In this document: in pieces, positions 22,052 to 33,224 of the stretch
Numbering within the stretch: the first letter of the stretch is position 1
How the letters are laid out: every line of letters starts with the position of its first letter
Source: an uncultured delta proteobacterium
GTDB taxonomy: Bacteria > Myxococcota_A > Polyangia > Polyangiales > JAFGIB01
Direction of reading: 5' to 3'
NCBI GenBank assembly: GCA_963778655.1
Contig: CAVZVA010000010.1
Location: 1,152,001 to 1,216,000 of the forward strand
DNA: 64,000 nucleotides
The notes under the pieces: model-generated
Told to the model about the DNA's origin: nothing
Databases searched by the model: none
Seen by the model: only the letters and a program-made list of their open reading frames with translations
Made by a program: the position numbers and the translations under genes

Positions 22052-22114
22052 CGTCCGCTCTCCTCTACCTGGGTTCTGTACTGAAATGTGCGCGCCATCC
22101 GAACGAGAAGATTC

Positions 22115-22180
22115 ACAGGAAGACGGGAAGACGAGAAGAAGCCAACTCTCTCAGTGCTTCCCGCCTTCCCGTCTTCCTGT
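22115..22180. repeat. REP/MITE-like palindrome (copy 2)
   Basis: ACAGGAAGACGGGAAGACGAGAAG-N18-CTTCCCGCCTTCCCGTCTTCCTGT. Confidence 0.85.
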
Positions 22181-22210
22181 TGCATCTCTGTCTCTGCCCG
22201 CTGCGATCGA

Positions 22211-23044
22211 CTAAATCAGCTTGGCTTCGTTGTGGAGCTTGTTGATCAGCTCGTCGACGCTTTCGACGAACACCACGCTGCCGCTGCGCGCGGGCGGCAG
22301 CTCGAACTTGGAATAGGTCGTGCTCAGCGCCGCGTCCACGCCCAGGCTCTCCAGCGTGATCTGCTCGATCGGCTTCTTCTTGGCCTGCATGATGCCCTTG
22401 AGCGAGGCGTAGCGCGCGCCGTCGTTGTACTTGTGGCTCTCGGGCGTGGCGCCGTTCTTGATCGCCTCGGGCGCGACGATGCGCAGGTCGACGGTGACCA
22501 CGGCGGGGGTCTTGAGCTTGAGCGTGAGCACGCCGGTGTCGACCTCGCGACCCACCGTCAAGCTCTTGCCTCCGTCGCCCACGCTGATGCTCATCGCGGA
22601 GGTTGCCATCGGCCAGCCCAGCAGCTCGGCCAGCATCTGCCCAGCGGCGTTGCTATCCCCGTCCACCACCTGCTTGCCCATCAGCACCAGGTCGGGGCTC
22701 TCCTTGGCCACGACCGCCTTGAGCGCGCGTGCCACCACCAGCGAGTCCAGCGCGTTATCCTCGGCGGCCACCAGGATGCCGCGGTCGGCGCCCATCGCGA
22801 GCGTCTGGCGCAGGGTCTGCGCCACGTCCGCGGGCCCGAACGACACCACCACGGTCTCGCCGAGCTTTTCGCTCTTGGCGGCGTTCTCGTTGAGCCGCAA
22901 CGCGGCCTCGACCGCGTACTCGTCGAAGGGGTTGGGCTTCCATTCGAGCCCCTCGGAGGTGACGGCCTTGCCGTCGGCGGACACCTTCACCTTGTTGGCG
23001 TTGTCCGGGTCACACACGCGCTTGACGGGAACCAGGATTTTCAC
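22211..23044 (-). CDS. etfB: Electron transfer flavoprotein beta subunit
   Basis: NPFDEYAVEAAL, AMGADR, GKQVVDGD, IMQAKKKP. Confidence 0.97.
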   Translation of the reverse strand: MKILVPVKRVCDPDNANKVKVSADGKAVTSEGLEWKPNPFDEYAVEAALRLNENAAKSEKLGETVVVSFGPADVAQTLRQTLAMGADRGILVAAEDNALDSLVVARALKAVVAKESPDLVLMGKQVVDGDSNAAGQMLAELLGWPMATSAMSISVGDGGKSLTVGREVDTGVLTLKLKTPAVVTVDLRIVAPEAIKNGATPESHKYNDGARYASLKGIMQAKKKPIEQITLESLGVDAALSTTYSKFELPPARSGSVVFVESVDELINKLHNEAKLI

Positions 23045-23088
23045 GGTACCTCCATCCTCCGCTGGACGAGATCAGCAAGCGGTGTCGC

Positions 23089-23117
23089 GGTGTAGGGGCA
23101 TGTCGCGCGCCTGTCAA
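23089..23117 (-). promoter_or_regulatory. Putative sigma70 promoter of etfBA
   Basis: TTGACA-N17-TACACC on the minus strand. Confidence 0.55.
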
Positions 23118-23222
23118 GCGCCCGCGATCGGACGCGCCGCGCTCTCTTCGCGCCCGCCCGCCGCCCTGCCCGTGCCCGCCCGCCGCGTTGCGCGGTCGTG
23201 GCGTGCACGCGGGCGCGCGTCC

Positions 23223-25631
23223 TCAGCGGATCGGCAGCCACAGCGGCTCGCTCTGCTTCAGCCGTTGCGCGAGCGCGCGCGCGGCCTCGCGGCTCGCCGC
23301 CGCCGGCGCCGAGACGCCAAAGGCCTGGCGTGCGAGCGCCTCGGCCTCTGCGCTCGGGCTGCCGGCCCGGCGCGCGCGGGTCTCTTCGCTCAGCTCGAAC
23401 GCGCGGTCGGCTGCGCGCTGCAGGCTCGCGGCCGGCAGGCCGCGCGCGCTCTGCCCCAGGCTCGCGGCGACCGCGTCCAGGGCAGCCGGCTCACCGCGCA
23501 GCGCCACTGCTGCCCAGGCCCCATCCGCGCTCAAGCCGCCGTCCTGCCAGGTCGCGCTCACCCCCGGCGCCTGCTCGAGCGTGGCGCGCATCAACGCCGC
23601 GAATCCGCGCGCCCCGGCCGGGTCGGCGTCGGGCAGCGCCGCCCGCCACACCGCCAGGCCCAGCGTGGGCTGCTCGGGTGGAGTGGTCGCGCCCGCGGCT
23701 GCTGGCGCCGCAGCCGGCGTCTTCGGCACGGGGTCTAGTGCCGCCTTGCCCTGGGGCACCAGCGCCAGGCGTCGTCCGGCCCACACCGCGCTCTGCCTGG
23801 CCGGGATCTCGCCCACCACCGCGACGCTGAGCGCGCCGCCTTGCCGGCAACCTCGGAACTGCTCCCGTAGCTCCGGCAGCCCCACGCTCGCTTGCCGCAC
23901 CGGGCTGCCCCAGGGGGCGAGCGCGCCCGGCTGGTTGGGCGCGAGCCGCTCGCCCAGCACGGCCAGCAGCTCGCCCGCGCCGCCCGGGGGTCCCAGCCGG
24001 TCGCGCAGCCGCAGGCGGGCCGCGGCCAGCGCGCTGCGTTCGAGCGCCGGATGCAAGGCGCACTGCAGCGCCAGCTCGAGCGCCGGCTGCCAGCGCCGCG
24101 CCGGCGCGGTCAGCAGCAGGCCGAACGACTCGCCGTCGGCGCGCGGCAGCAGCTGCGCGCCGAGCGCCTGTAGCCGTGCGCTCAGGTGCGGCGGATCGAG
24201 CCCGGCGCACGCGGTCGTGCCGAGCGTCGCCAGCAACGCGGTGCGCCCGTGCAGCAGCGGCGGGTCGTCGCGTCCGCCGCAGCCGAAGCGCACCGAGGCC
24301 GCGAGCTGCTCGCCGTTGCGCCGTCGCACCTCGATGCGCACTCCGTTGTCGAGCGTGACCGAGGCCGCGTCCTGATCGAGCTCGCCGGAGAGCTTGGGAT
24401 CGGCCAGCGCTTGCCCCGCGCGCCACGCGTCCCGCAGGCGCGCTTGCCAGGCCGTGCGCAGCGGCGCATCGGGGTCGTCGAGCTGGACACGGTCTGCGCG
24501 GCCGCCCGCGACCAGCACTCCGACGCCCAGCGCGAGCGCGGCCGCCCGCACCGGGCCGCGCGCGGACCAGCGCGAGCCCAGCCTGCGCGCCAGCGTCACC
24601 AGGTCACCGCCGCTGGGCGCGTCCGGCGCGGGCTTGGTGCCTTCGCGTCGCAGCCGCTCGAGCTCGTGCGCCGCGGCGCGCACCACCGCCTCGGGCTGGT
24701 CGCTGTCGACGCGCAGCAGCCCGAGCGCCGCACCGCGCACCGCGAAGACGTGCCCCCGCACCGCACGGGCGAGCGCTTCGCGCTCGAGACGCGCCCGCAA
24801 TGCACGCGCCGCGGCTTCGACGCTAGCCAGGTTCGCGCCAGCGAGCGCGAAGCTCAGCGCGGGGGCGTCGTCGACCGCGACCTGCACCGCGTCGTCGCCG
24901 GGGTCGGCCGGGGACGCTGCCACGCGGCGCGGGCCAGGCGCCTGCGGGGCGCGCGCGAACGCCCGGCGCGCGGCGCGCGCCAGCGTGTCGTTGGTGATCT
25001 CGCCGGCCGCCACCAACAAGGCGTGGCCGCTGCCGAAGTGCCGGGCCAGAAACGCGCGGCTGGCGCCGGCATCGGCGCGAGCGTCGTCGGACGCGACGCC
25101 GAGTGGAAACATGCCGGCGGCGCGTCCGCCGTACAGCGCCTGCAGCGCCAGCAGGTCCGCGCGGCGCTGCGGATCGCCGGCGGCCGCGCGACGGCGCGCT
25201 TCGATCAGCCGAGCGCGCATGGCTTCGACGCGGGCGGGCGCGGGCGCGCGCAGCGCGAGCCCGCGCGCCAGGCGGCCCAGGCATGCGTCCAGCTCGTTTC
25301 GGCGGCACGCCAGCGACAGCTCGATGCCATCGGGCCAGGCGCGTCCCGACACGCCCTCGCCGGCGGCGTCCGCCGCGAGCCACGCAGCCAGCGTCGCCAG
25401 CTGCGGCGGATCGGCGTCGCGGGCGCCGGCGTCGATCCACAGCGACAGCTGCGTGATTTCACCGCTGGGACGCGTGATCACCGCGAACGCCGGCACCGCG
25501 CCTTGGCCGCGCCGAACCAGGTCCAGCTCCGCCGCCGTCGTCTGAGGTACGGGCGGTGCCGCGCTGCCGCACGCCCACAGGCTCAGCAGCGCGGCCCCGA
25601 TTGCCGCGCGCTGCCGCAGGGCCGTGGCCAT
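23223..25631 (-). CDS. Degenerate M16 (insulinase-like) peptidase-fold lipoprotein
   Basis: Lipobox LWAC; LSLWIDAGARD, TLDNGVRI and GGRDDPP motifs; no HxxEH. Confidence 0.65.
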   Translation of the reverse strand: MATALRQRAAIGAALLSLWACGSAAPPVPQTTAAELDLVRRGQGAVPAFAVITRPSGEITQLSLWIDAGARDADPPQLATLAAWLAADAAGEGVSGRAWPDGIELSLACRRNELDACLGRLARGLALRAPAPARVEAMRARLIEARRRAAAGDPQRRADLLALQALYGGRAAGMFPLGVASDDARADAGASRAFLARHFGSGHALLVAAGEITNDTLARAARRAFARAPQAPGPRRVAASPADPGDDAVQVAVDDAPALSFALAGANLASVEAAARALRARLEREALARAVRGHVFAVRGAALGLLRVDSDQPEAVVRAAAHELERLRREGTKPAPDAPSGGDLVTLARRLGSRWSARGPVRAAALALGVGVLVAGGRADRVQLDDPDAPLRTAWQARLRDAWRAGQALADPKLSGELDQDAASVTLDNGVRIEVRRRNGEQLAASVRFGCGGRDDPPLLHGRTALLATLGTTACAGLDPPHLSARLQALGAQLLPRADGESFGLLLTAPARRWQPALELALQCALHPALERSALAAARLRLRDRLGPPGGAGELLAVLGERLAPNQPGALAPWGSPVRQASVGLPELREQFRGCRQGGALSVAVVGEIPARQSAVWAGRRLALVPQGKAALDPVPKTPAAAPAAAGATTPPEQPTLGLAVWRAALPDADPAGARGFAALMRATLEQAPGVSATWQDGGLSADGAWAAVALRGEPAALDAVAASLGQSARGLPAASLQRAADRAFELSEETRARRAGSPSAEAEALARQAFGVSAPAAASREAARALAQRLKQSEPLWLPIR

Positions 25632-25709
25632 GCGGGCCTTATAACAGGCTGTCGCCCGGGCGCCGAACCGTTGCCATTCAGGGGCATCCGCCCCACGCCG
25701 TGTCGATCG

Positions 25710-25775
25710 TCAGCGGCGGTCGACCGTGACCAGCTCGACGTAGGCGATGGCGATCAGCAGGATCACGAGATGCAT
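25710..25775 (-). CDS. Putative 21-aa single-TM small protein MHLVILLIAIAYVELVTVDRR
   Basis: ATG...TGA with nearly all G/C-ending codons; hydrophobic; follows the PilZ gene. Confidence 0.4.
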   Translation of the reverse strand: MHLVILLIAIAYVELVTVDRR

Positions 25776-25799
25776 GGGCGATCACGCTCGCTACAGGGA

Positions 25800-26198
25800 T
25801 CAGGCGGCGTACAGGGGCCGCATCACGCGGGCCTGCGAACGGAACGGCGGGGCTGGAATCACGCGCTCCTCCCGCGAGACCTCGCGCAGCCACTCGCGCA
25901 GCATGCGCTGGTGGCCGCGGGCCATCGCGGTGAAGCTTACGGCGGTGCCGTGGAACAGCGCGTCGAAGCGGTCGTAGATCACCTCGGCCTTGGCCCAGAT
26001 GGTGTCGCTGGTGCGCGGCAGCGCGAGCTCGAGCTGGATCACGTTCGAGCTGCGCTGCAGGGGCTCGGCCAGGCGCTCCATATACAGACCGATTGCGCTC
26101 AGGTCCGTGGTGAAGCAGCGGTGAGGATCGTCGCTGATGATCTGATCGACGTAGAATCCGACTGGGATGCGTTCCGAGCGTCTGCGGTTGTAAGACAT
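25800..26198 (-). CDS. Stand-alone PilZ domain protein
   Basis: RRSER (RxxxR) and DLSAIG (DxSxxG); AGGAG RBS before ATG 26198. Confidence 0.85.
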   Translation of the reverse strand: MSYNRRRSERIPVGFYVDQIISDDPHRCFTTDLSAIGLYMERLAEPLQRSSNVIQLELALPRTSDTIWAKAEVIYDRFDALFHGTAVSFTAMARGHQRMLREWLREVSREERVIPAPPFRSQARVMRPLYAA

Positions 26199-26316
26199 GC
26201 CGACTCCTGGCAGCGGTGAGGTGGTGTAGGACATGGTAAGCGTGTGTATGCGAACAGGCCAAAAAACCGTGGCGAAAGCTTCGCAACCTCGGGCCGCAGA
26301 CGCTGTCCAACCCGCT

Positions 26317-27669
26317 GTGCGCACGATTGAGCCCGGCCGCCGCCCGCGCGCCCACGCCTTGCTCGCGCTCGGGCTCGCGCTCGGGGCCTGTGCCGGCAGC
26401 CAGAAGCCCTCCTCGACCACGCCCGCGCGCGAGGTGGTGCAGATGGAGGAGCTGCGGATCAAGGCCGAGCGCCAGGGCGGAGGCTACCAGTTCGAGGCCT
26501 ACGACGCGGCCGACCTGTTCAAGCGCGCGACCGATCTGCTCAACCAGCAGCACTGCCAGCAGGCCATCCCACTCTACGATCGGGTAGGCTCGGAGTTCGC
26601 CAGCAGCCGCTACGCGTCGGCGGCGCTCTACAACGCCGGCCTGTGCGCGCAGGCGCTGGGCGACTTCGCGGGCGCGGCGCAGCGCTATGGCGGCTTGCTC
26701 GATCGCTACCCCGATTCGGACGACCGCAAGGACGCGAGCTTCCAGCTGGCCGAGGTGCTGGTACAGCTCGAGCGCTGGCCGGAGCTGATGCGCGTGACCG
26801 ACGCGCTGCTCGCCCGTCCCGAGCTCAGCACCGACGAGCGGATGGAGGCGATGGCGCGGCGGGGCCAGGCGTTGCTCGGGCTCGAGCGCTACGACGAGGC
26901 CGAGCGCTACGCCCGCAGCGCGCTCAGCTTCATGCGCACGCGGCCCAAGGAGGCCGCCCTGAAGGACGAATTCTTTGCCGCGGCCTGCAATTACGTTCTG
27001 GCCGAGAGCTTTCGCCTGCGCGAGCAGAAGCTAGAGTTCCCACAGGGGCTCGAGCCGCAGAAGCAGGTGCTGATCCAGCGGGCCCAGCTGCTGCTGGAGG
27101 CGCAGCGCGAGTACTTCAACACCATCAGCCTCAAGAACCTCGACAACTACTACTGGGCGGCGGCTTCGGGCTACCGCATCGGCAACATGTACGACGAGCT
27201 GTGGCACGCGATCATGAGCGCGCCGGTGCCGGCGAATCTGCCGCCCGAAGGCCACGCCACCTATCATGAGGAGCTGGCCAAGCTGATCAAACCGCTGATC
27301 CGGCACGCGATCCGCTACTGGGAGCTGACGCAGATGTTCATCGAGCGCACCGGCATCAACACGCCGTGGGCCGAGAAGATCAAGACCGACCTGGGGCGCG
27401 TGCGCGAGCTGCTGCTGCAGCAGCCCGAGGGCGCAGGAGGGCTGCCAGGCGCCGCCGCCGCCGGCGCGGCTCCGGCCGCCGCCTCCTCTTCCGCTGCGCC
27501 ACCCCCCGCGAGCGCGCTGCCCAAGCCGCGGCCTAGCGCGCGTGCCGCGGCGCGCCCGCCCGCGGCCGAACGCGTCGCGGAGCCGGCCGCGGACGCGGGG
27601 CCGCCGGAACAGGCAGCGGGTTCAGCGGCCGCGCCGGCCACGTCGTCTGCCGCCAGCCCCGCGCCTTGA
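26317..27669 (+). CDS. TPR-repeat lipoprotein
   Basis: Lipobox LGAC; multiple TPRs (ALYNAGLC, ASFQLAEV); Pro/Ala tail; start uncertain (ORF 26233..27669). Confidence 0.8.
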   Translation: MRTIEPGRRPRAHALLALGLALGACAGSQKPSSTTPAREVVQMEELRIKAERQGGGYQFEAYDAADLFKRATDLLNQQHCQQAIPLYDRVGSEFASSRYASAALYNAGLCAQALGDFAGAAQRYGGLLDRYPDSDDRKDASFQLAEVLVQLERWPELMRVTDALLARPELSTDERMEAMARRGQALLGLERYDEAERYARSALSFMRTRPKEAALKDEFFAAACNYVLAESFRLREQKLEFPQGLEPQKQVLIQRAQLLLEAQREYFNTISLKNLDNYYWAAASGYRIGNMYDELWHAIMSAPVPANLPPEGHATYHEELAKLIKPLIRHAIRYWELTQMFIERTGINTPWAEKIKTDLGRVRELLLQQPEGAGGLPGAAAAGAAPAAASSSAAPPPASALPKPRPSARAAARPPAAERVAEPAADAGPPEQAAGSAAAPATSSAASPAP

Positions 27670-27745
27670 GGTCTCGTGATGCTGAAATAGTGCGGGATCA
27701 GTCGACCTGCACCGCGCTCCCGATCCCCTTCGGCCGACTTCTTGC

Positions 27746-27774
27746 TTGACACCTCCAGGCTCGAGGCGTACAAG
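27746..27774 (+). promoter_or_regulatory. Putative sigma70 promoter of the tRNA-tuf operon
   Basis: TTGACA-N17-TACAAG followed by a GC-rich stretch. Confidence 0.55.
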
Positions 27775-27872
27775 AACCGCCCTCCCGCGCGCCGGCCTTG
27801 CGTACACGTCCGTCCGATCCGGCGTGTGGATAAGCCCTGGTCCGGCCCGTGGAGGCGGAGGGAAGGGCCTTT

Positions 27873-27945
27873 GCTGGCGTAGCTCAATCGGCAGAGCACC
27901 TGTTTTGTAAACAGGCGGTTAAGGGTTCGAGTCCCCTCGCCAGCT
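27873..27945 (+). tRNA. tRNA-Thr(TGT)
   Basis: Cloverleaf GCTGGCG/CGCCAGC; anticodon arm CCTGT-TT-TGT-AA-ACAGG; GGTTCGA. Confidence 0.96.
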
Positions 27946-28014
27946 CCGCAGATTCGGCCTCGCCCGCCGTTCACGATATCGGTTTCGGATTGGTCGAGAA
28001 TCAATAATGATTTC

Positions 28015-28100
28015 GGAGGGTTGCCCGAGTGGTCAAAGGGAGCAGACTGTAAATCTGCCGGCTCCGGCCTACAGTGGTTCAAATCCACTACCCTCCACCA
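28015..28100 (+). tRNA. tRNA-Tyr(GTA)
   Basis: GCAGA-CT-GTA-AA-TCTGC; long variable arm; encoded CCA. Confidence 0.96.
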
Positions 28101-28144
28101 ACGGCGCGGATACGGCTCAGGAGCAGAGACGACTTAGCGCGCGT

Positions 28145-28217
28145 GCGGGAGTAGCTCAGTTGGTAGAGCGTCAGCCTTCCAAGCTGAATGTCGCCGGTTC
28201 GAGCCCGGTCTCCCGCT
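28145..28217 (+). tRNA. tRNA-Gly(TCC)
   Basis: GCGGGAG/CTCCCGC; TCAGC-CT-TCC-AA-GCTGA. Confidence 0.96.
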
Positions 28218-28251
28218 CCCAGGAGCAGGACAGCAGACACACGGCATACGT

Positions 28252-28323
28252 GCCCAGGTAGCTCAGTGGTAGAGCACCTCCTTGGTAAGGAGGAGGTCGT
28301 GAGTTCAATCCTCATCCTGGGCT
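28252..28323 (+). tRNA. tRNA-Thr(GGT)
   Basis: GCCCAGG/CCTGGGC; CTCC-TT-GGT-AA-GGAG. Confidence 0.96.
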
Positions 28324-28356
28324 CTAGGCACAGCGACGCAACGGAGGACCTAAGCG

Positions 28357-29547
<1,191 letters not shown>

Positions 29548-29554
29548 AGGCGAT

Positions 29555-29704
29555 ATGGGAGAGCGAGCGCGCGTTGTGCTCGTGTGCGAACAGTGCGGCG
29601 CGCGCAACTACCACACGACCAAGGCGCGCAACCAGGAACGGCTCGAGATCAAGAAGTTTTGTCCCACATGCAACCGGCACACTCTGCACAAGGAGTCCAA
29701 GTAG
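29555..29704 (+). CDS. rpmG: 50S ribosomal protein L33 (Zn-binding form)
   Basis: Manual translation [49 protein letters not shown]; not in the ORF track. Confidence 0.95.
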   Translation: MGERARVVLVCEQCGARNYHTTKARNQERLEIKKFCPTCNRHTLHKESK

Positions 29705-29713
29705 ACAGACCGA

Positions 29714-29786
29714 AGGCCAGTAGCTCAGCTGGTAGAGCAGCGGATTCCAAATCCGCAGGTCGTGGGTTCGAGCCCCTCCTGGCCTG
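29714..29786 (+). tRNA. tRNA-Trp(CCA)
   Basis: AGGCCAG/CTGGCCT; GCGGA-TT-CCA-AA-TCCGC. Confidence 0.96.
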
Positions 29787-29811
29787 CTGAGAGCGCGAGC
29801 GAGAAGACACC

Positions 29812-30246
29812 ATGAGTGAAGAACAGGAGACGACGACATCGACCCGGGAGACGCCGGCGTCCTCGCGTGACGCTCAGCCGAAAGCGCTCGGGCTGGCGCG
29901 CTGGGTGCAGATGACATTTCTGGCGTTCGGGGTGCTGCTGCTCTTCATCTTCGACAAGATCATCACGATCGTGTGGGACAGGTTTGCCGAGCCGGAGCCG
30001 ACTCTGGTGACGTTGTCCGCCGCGATCTCGGCCGCGGCGGTGACGATGCTGCTCTACCGGCACGACCGCGTGCGTCGGGTGTCGCACGAGGTGGTCGGCG
30101 AGCTGGCCAAGGTGAGCTGGCCGACGCGCAGGGAAACCCAGACCTCCACGGTGGTGGTGATTATCACCTCGATCATCGCCGCCGCGATCGTAGGCGCTTT
30201 CGACGCGGCCTGGTCCGCGATCACCGACCTCATCTACAAGGTATAG
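29812..30246 (+). CDS. secE: Preprotein translocase SecE
   Basis: ELAKVSWPTRRET motif; synteny. Confidence 0.95.
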   Translation: MSEEQETTTSTRETPASSRDAQPKALGLARWVQMTFLAFGVLLLFIFDKIITIVWDRFAEPEPTLVTLSAAISAAAVTMLLYRHDRVRRVSHEVVGELAKVSWPTRRETQTSTVVVIITSIIAAAIVGAFDAAWSAITDLIYKV

Positions 30247-30249
30247 AAC

Positions 30250-30918
30250 GTGGCCGACGAGACGAACGAAAAGAGCCCGCAGGGCAGCGAGCCGGTGCCA
30301 CCTCCGGCGGTGCCTGCCGTGATCGCGCCGGACGCGGGAACGGTCGCAGCGGATGCGGGCGACGGGAGCGAGGCTGCGCAAGCCGCACGGGCCGGCATGA
30401 AGTGGTACGTCGTGCAGGTCTACTCAGGCTACGAGCAGAAGGTGAAGCTCTCGCTGGCCGAGCGCGTGAAGCAAGCGGGCATCGAGCCCGATTTCGGCGA
30501 GATCCTGATCCCGACCGAGACCATCGCGGACCCGCAGCGGGCCAAGCGCGTGTCCTCCAAGACGTTTTACCCCGGCTACATCTTCGTGCAGATGGTGTTG
30601 ACCGACAAGGCCTGGCACGTGGTGCGCGACACGCCCAAGGTCACGGGCTTCGTCGGCGGCCGCAACCCGCAGCCGGTGCCCTCGCCCGAGATTCAGTCGG
30701 TGGTCCAGCAGGTCGAGGAAGGCGCCGCCAAGCCTCGGCCGCGCGTGATGTTCGAGCAGGGCGACCACGTGCGCGTCAACGACGGAGCGTTCGCGAACTT
30801 CACGGGCACGATCGAGGAAGTGAAGCCCGAAAAGCAGAAGGTGCGCGTGCTGGTGTCGATCTTCGGCCGCGCCACACCGGTGGAGCTCGACTTCACGCAG
30901 GTGGAGAAGACGGTCTGA
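30250..30918 (+). CDS. nusG: Transcription termination/antitermination factor NusG
   Basis: [22 protein letters not shown] domain, [10 protein letters not shown]; start may be ATG 30398. Confidence 0.97.
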   Translation: MADETNEKSPQGSEPVPPPAVPAVIAPDAGTVAADAGDGSEAAQAARAGMKWYVVQVYSGYEQKVKLSLAERVKQAGIEPDFGEILIPTETIADPQRAKRVSSKTFYPGYIFVQMVLTDKAWHVVRDTPKVTGFVGGRNPQPVPSPEIQSVVQQVEEGAAKPRPRVMFEQGDHVRVNDGAFANFTGTIEEVKPEKQKVRVLVSIFGRATPVELDFTQVEKTV

Positions 30919-30937
30919 AGCGAAGGATCCCAACGCG

Positions 30938-31378
30938 ATGAAGAAGGCAATCGGCGAGATCAAGCTCCAGCTGCCCGCGGGACAGGCCAACCCCGCGCCG
31001 CCCGTCGGCCCCGCGCTGGGTCAGCACGGCGTCAACATCATGGGCTTCTGCAAGGAGTTCAATGCCAGGACGCAGTCGCAGGCCGGCATGATCATCCCCG
31101 TCGTGATCACGGTCTATTCGGACCGCTCGTTCACCTTCGTGATGAAGACGCCTCCGGCGTCGGTGCTGATCAAGAAGGAGCTGGGGCTCAAGATCGGCGG
31201 CAAGCCGGGCAGCGGATCGCCACGGCCTCACAAGGACAAGGTCGGCAGGCTCAGCCAGGAGCAGCTGCGCAGCATCGCCGCGCTCAAGGTGCAGGACACC
31301 AACGCGGCCAGCCTCGAGGCGTGCATGCGCACGATCGCGGGGACCGCGCGCTCGATGGGCGTCGAGGTCGACGAGTGA
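30938..31378 (+). CDS. rplK: 50S ribosomal protein L11
   Basis: [22 protein letters not shown]. Confidence 0.99.
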   Translation: MKKAIGEIKLQLPAGQANPAPPVGPALGQHGVNIMGFCKEFNARTQSQAGMIIPVVITVYSDRSFTFVMKTPPASVLIKKELGLKIGGKPGSGSPRPHKDKVGRLSQEQLRSIAALKVQDTNAASLEACMRTIAGTARSMGVEVDE

Positions 31379-31384
31379 GCGTTT

Positions 31385-31423
31385 CGGTGGGAGGTCGCCG
31401 CGTGCGGCCGCTCGGACCACCCG
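31385..31423 (+). promoter_or_regulatory. Putative L1-binding mRNA structure between rplK and rplA
   Basis: GGTGG-GAG...GA-CCACC stem with internal loop, resembling the L1 rRNA-mimic site. Confidence 0.55.
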
Positions 31424-31437
31424 GAGAATGATCGAAC

Positions 31438-32136
31438 ATGGAAGCCGGACGTAAACGAGCAGAGGCCCTGAAGATGGACCGCCAGAAGCGGTACTCGCTG
31501 GACGAGGCCTGCGCGCTGTTGCAGGGCACCAGCTTCGCGCGCTTCGAGGAGAGCGTGGACATCGCCGTGCGCCTGGGCGTCAATCCCCGGCACGCCGACC
31601 AGATGGTGCGCGGCGCGCTGGTGCTGCCGCACGGCATCGGCAAGGCCAAGCGGGTGTTGGTCTTCGCCAAGGCGGACAAGGCCGCGGAGGCCGAGGCCGC
31701 GGGCGCCGACATCGTCGGTGCCGACGAGCTGGTGGCCAAGGTGCAAGAGGGTTTCCTCGACTTCGACACCGTGGTCGCCACGCCCGACATGATGGGCCAG
31801 GTGGGCCGGCTCGGACGCGTGCTCGGACCGCGCGGGCTGATGCCGAACCCCAAGGTGGGCACGGTCACCGCGGACGTGAAGAAGGCGGTGCAGGAGGCCA
31901 AGGCGGGCAAGATCGAGTTCCGCGTCGAGAAGGCGGGCATCGTGCACGCGCCGATCGGCAAGAAGTCGTTTCCTGTGCAGCAGATCGCCGACAACGCGCG
32001 CGCCCTGATGGAGGCCCTGGTCAAGGCCAAGCCCTCCACGGCCAAAGGCGTGTACGTCAAGAGCATCACCCTGAGCACGACCATGGGTCCCGGGATCAAA
32101 GTCGATCCGGGCTCGGTCGTCGCCGTGGAGGCATGA
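31438..32136 (+). CDS. rplA: 50S ribosomal protein L1
   Basis: [27 protein letters not shown]. Confidence 0.99.
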   Translation: MEAGRKRAEALKMDRQKRYSLDEACALLQGTSFARFEESVDIAVRLGVNPRHADQMVRGALVLPHGIGKAKRVLVFAKADKAAEAEAAGADIVGADELVAKVQEGFLDFDTVVATPDMMGQVGRLGRVLGPRGLMPNPKVGTVTADVKKAVQEAKAGKIEFRVEKAGIVHAPIGKKSFPVQQIADNARALMEALVKAKPSTAKGVYVKSITLSTTMGPGIKVDPGSVVAVEA

Positions 32137-32139
32137 GCC

Positions 32140-32688
32140 ATGCGAGCCAGTCAGCTGCCCAAGCAAGAACAGGTCGTGGCCATCCGCGAGCGCTTTTCGC
32201 GAGCAACCTCCGCGGTGCTGCTCGGCTTCCGTGGCCTGTCGGTGGCCAAGACCACCGAGCTACGCAACCAGTTCCGCAGCGCGGGCGTCGACTTCAAGGT
32301 GGTGAAGAACACCCTGGTCAAGCTCGCGATCAAGGACACCCAGCTCGACACCGACGAGCTCAAGCGCGCGCTGGCCGGCGAGACCGCGATCGCTTGGAGC
32401 TACGAGGATCCTTCGGTCGCTGCCAAGGTGGTCAAGGAGTTCCGCAAGGACGAGTTGTTGGCCCAGAAGCTCACGGTGAAGCTGGGCGTTCTGGAGAACG
32501 TGGTGATGGCCGGGCCGCGGGTCGAGAGCGAGCTCGCGACCCTGCCCAGCAAGGACGAGGTGCGGGCGATGCTGCTCGCGCAGTTGCTCGCGCCGGCCCA
32601 GAAGCTGGTGATGCAGCTGTCGGCGCCGGCCCAGAACCTCGCCTTCGCGCTCGACGCGCGCAGGCGGCAGCTCGAAGGGCGAGAATGA
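32140..32688 (+). CDS. rplJ: 50S ribosomal protein L10
   Basis: VVKNTLVKLA; LATLPSKDE; synteny. Confidence 0.97.
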   Translation: MRASQLPKQEQVVAIRERFSRATSAVLLGFRGLSVAKTTELRNQFRSAGVDFKVVKNTLVKLAIKDTQLDTDELKRALAGETAIAWSYEDPSVAAKVVKEFRKDELLAQKLTVKLGVLENVVMAGPRVESELATLPSKDEVRAMLLAQLLAPAQKLVMQLSAPAQNLAFALDARRRQLEGRE

Positions 32689-32840
32689 TCGCCAAGACAG
32701 GCGAATGAAACGGCTTATCGCGGCGCTCTGCCGCGGATGTAGCGCGCCCCGTGACAAGGGCAGACCCCACCCGGATCCGATGCCGGTTGGGGCGGGAGGC
32801 GAGGGCCTCCCGACAAATGAACACGATTGGAGACGGTTCG

Positions 32841-33224
32841 ATGGCAAGCATGACGCAGGAACAGATGATCGAGGAGCTCAGCGCGTGGAGCGTGGCGGAC
32901 GTCGCCGGTCTCGTGAAGGCGCTCGAGGACAAGTGGGGAGTCTCGGCGGCTCCCGTGGCCGCCGCCGTGGCGGTTGCGCCGGGCGCGGCTCCGGCAGCCG
33001 CGGTCGAGGAGCAGACCGAGTTCACGGTCGAGCTCACCAGCGCGGGCGACAAGAAGGTGCAGGTCATCAAGGTGGTCCGCGAGGTCACCAGCCTCGGCCT
33101 GGCCGACGCCAAGAAGCTGGTCGAGGAAGCGCCCAAGGCCGTCAAGGAAGGCGTGCCCAAGGCGGAGGCCGACGAGATCAAGAAGAAGCTCGAGGAGGCT
33201 GGCGCTCAGGTGACCCTCAAGTAG
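32841..33224 (+). CDS. rplL: 50S ribosomal protein L7/L12
   Basis: [27 protein letters not shown]. Confidence 0.98.
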   Translation: MASMTQEQMIEELSAWSVADVAGLVKALEDKWGVSAAPVAAAVAVAPGAAPAAAVEEQTEFTVELTSAGDKKVQVIKVVREVTSLGLADAKKLVEEAPKAVKEGVPKAEADEIKKKLEEAGAQVTLK

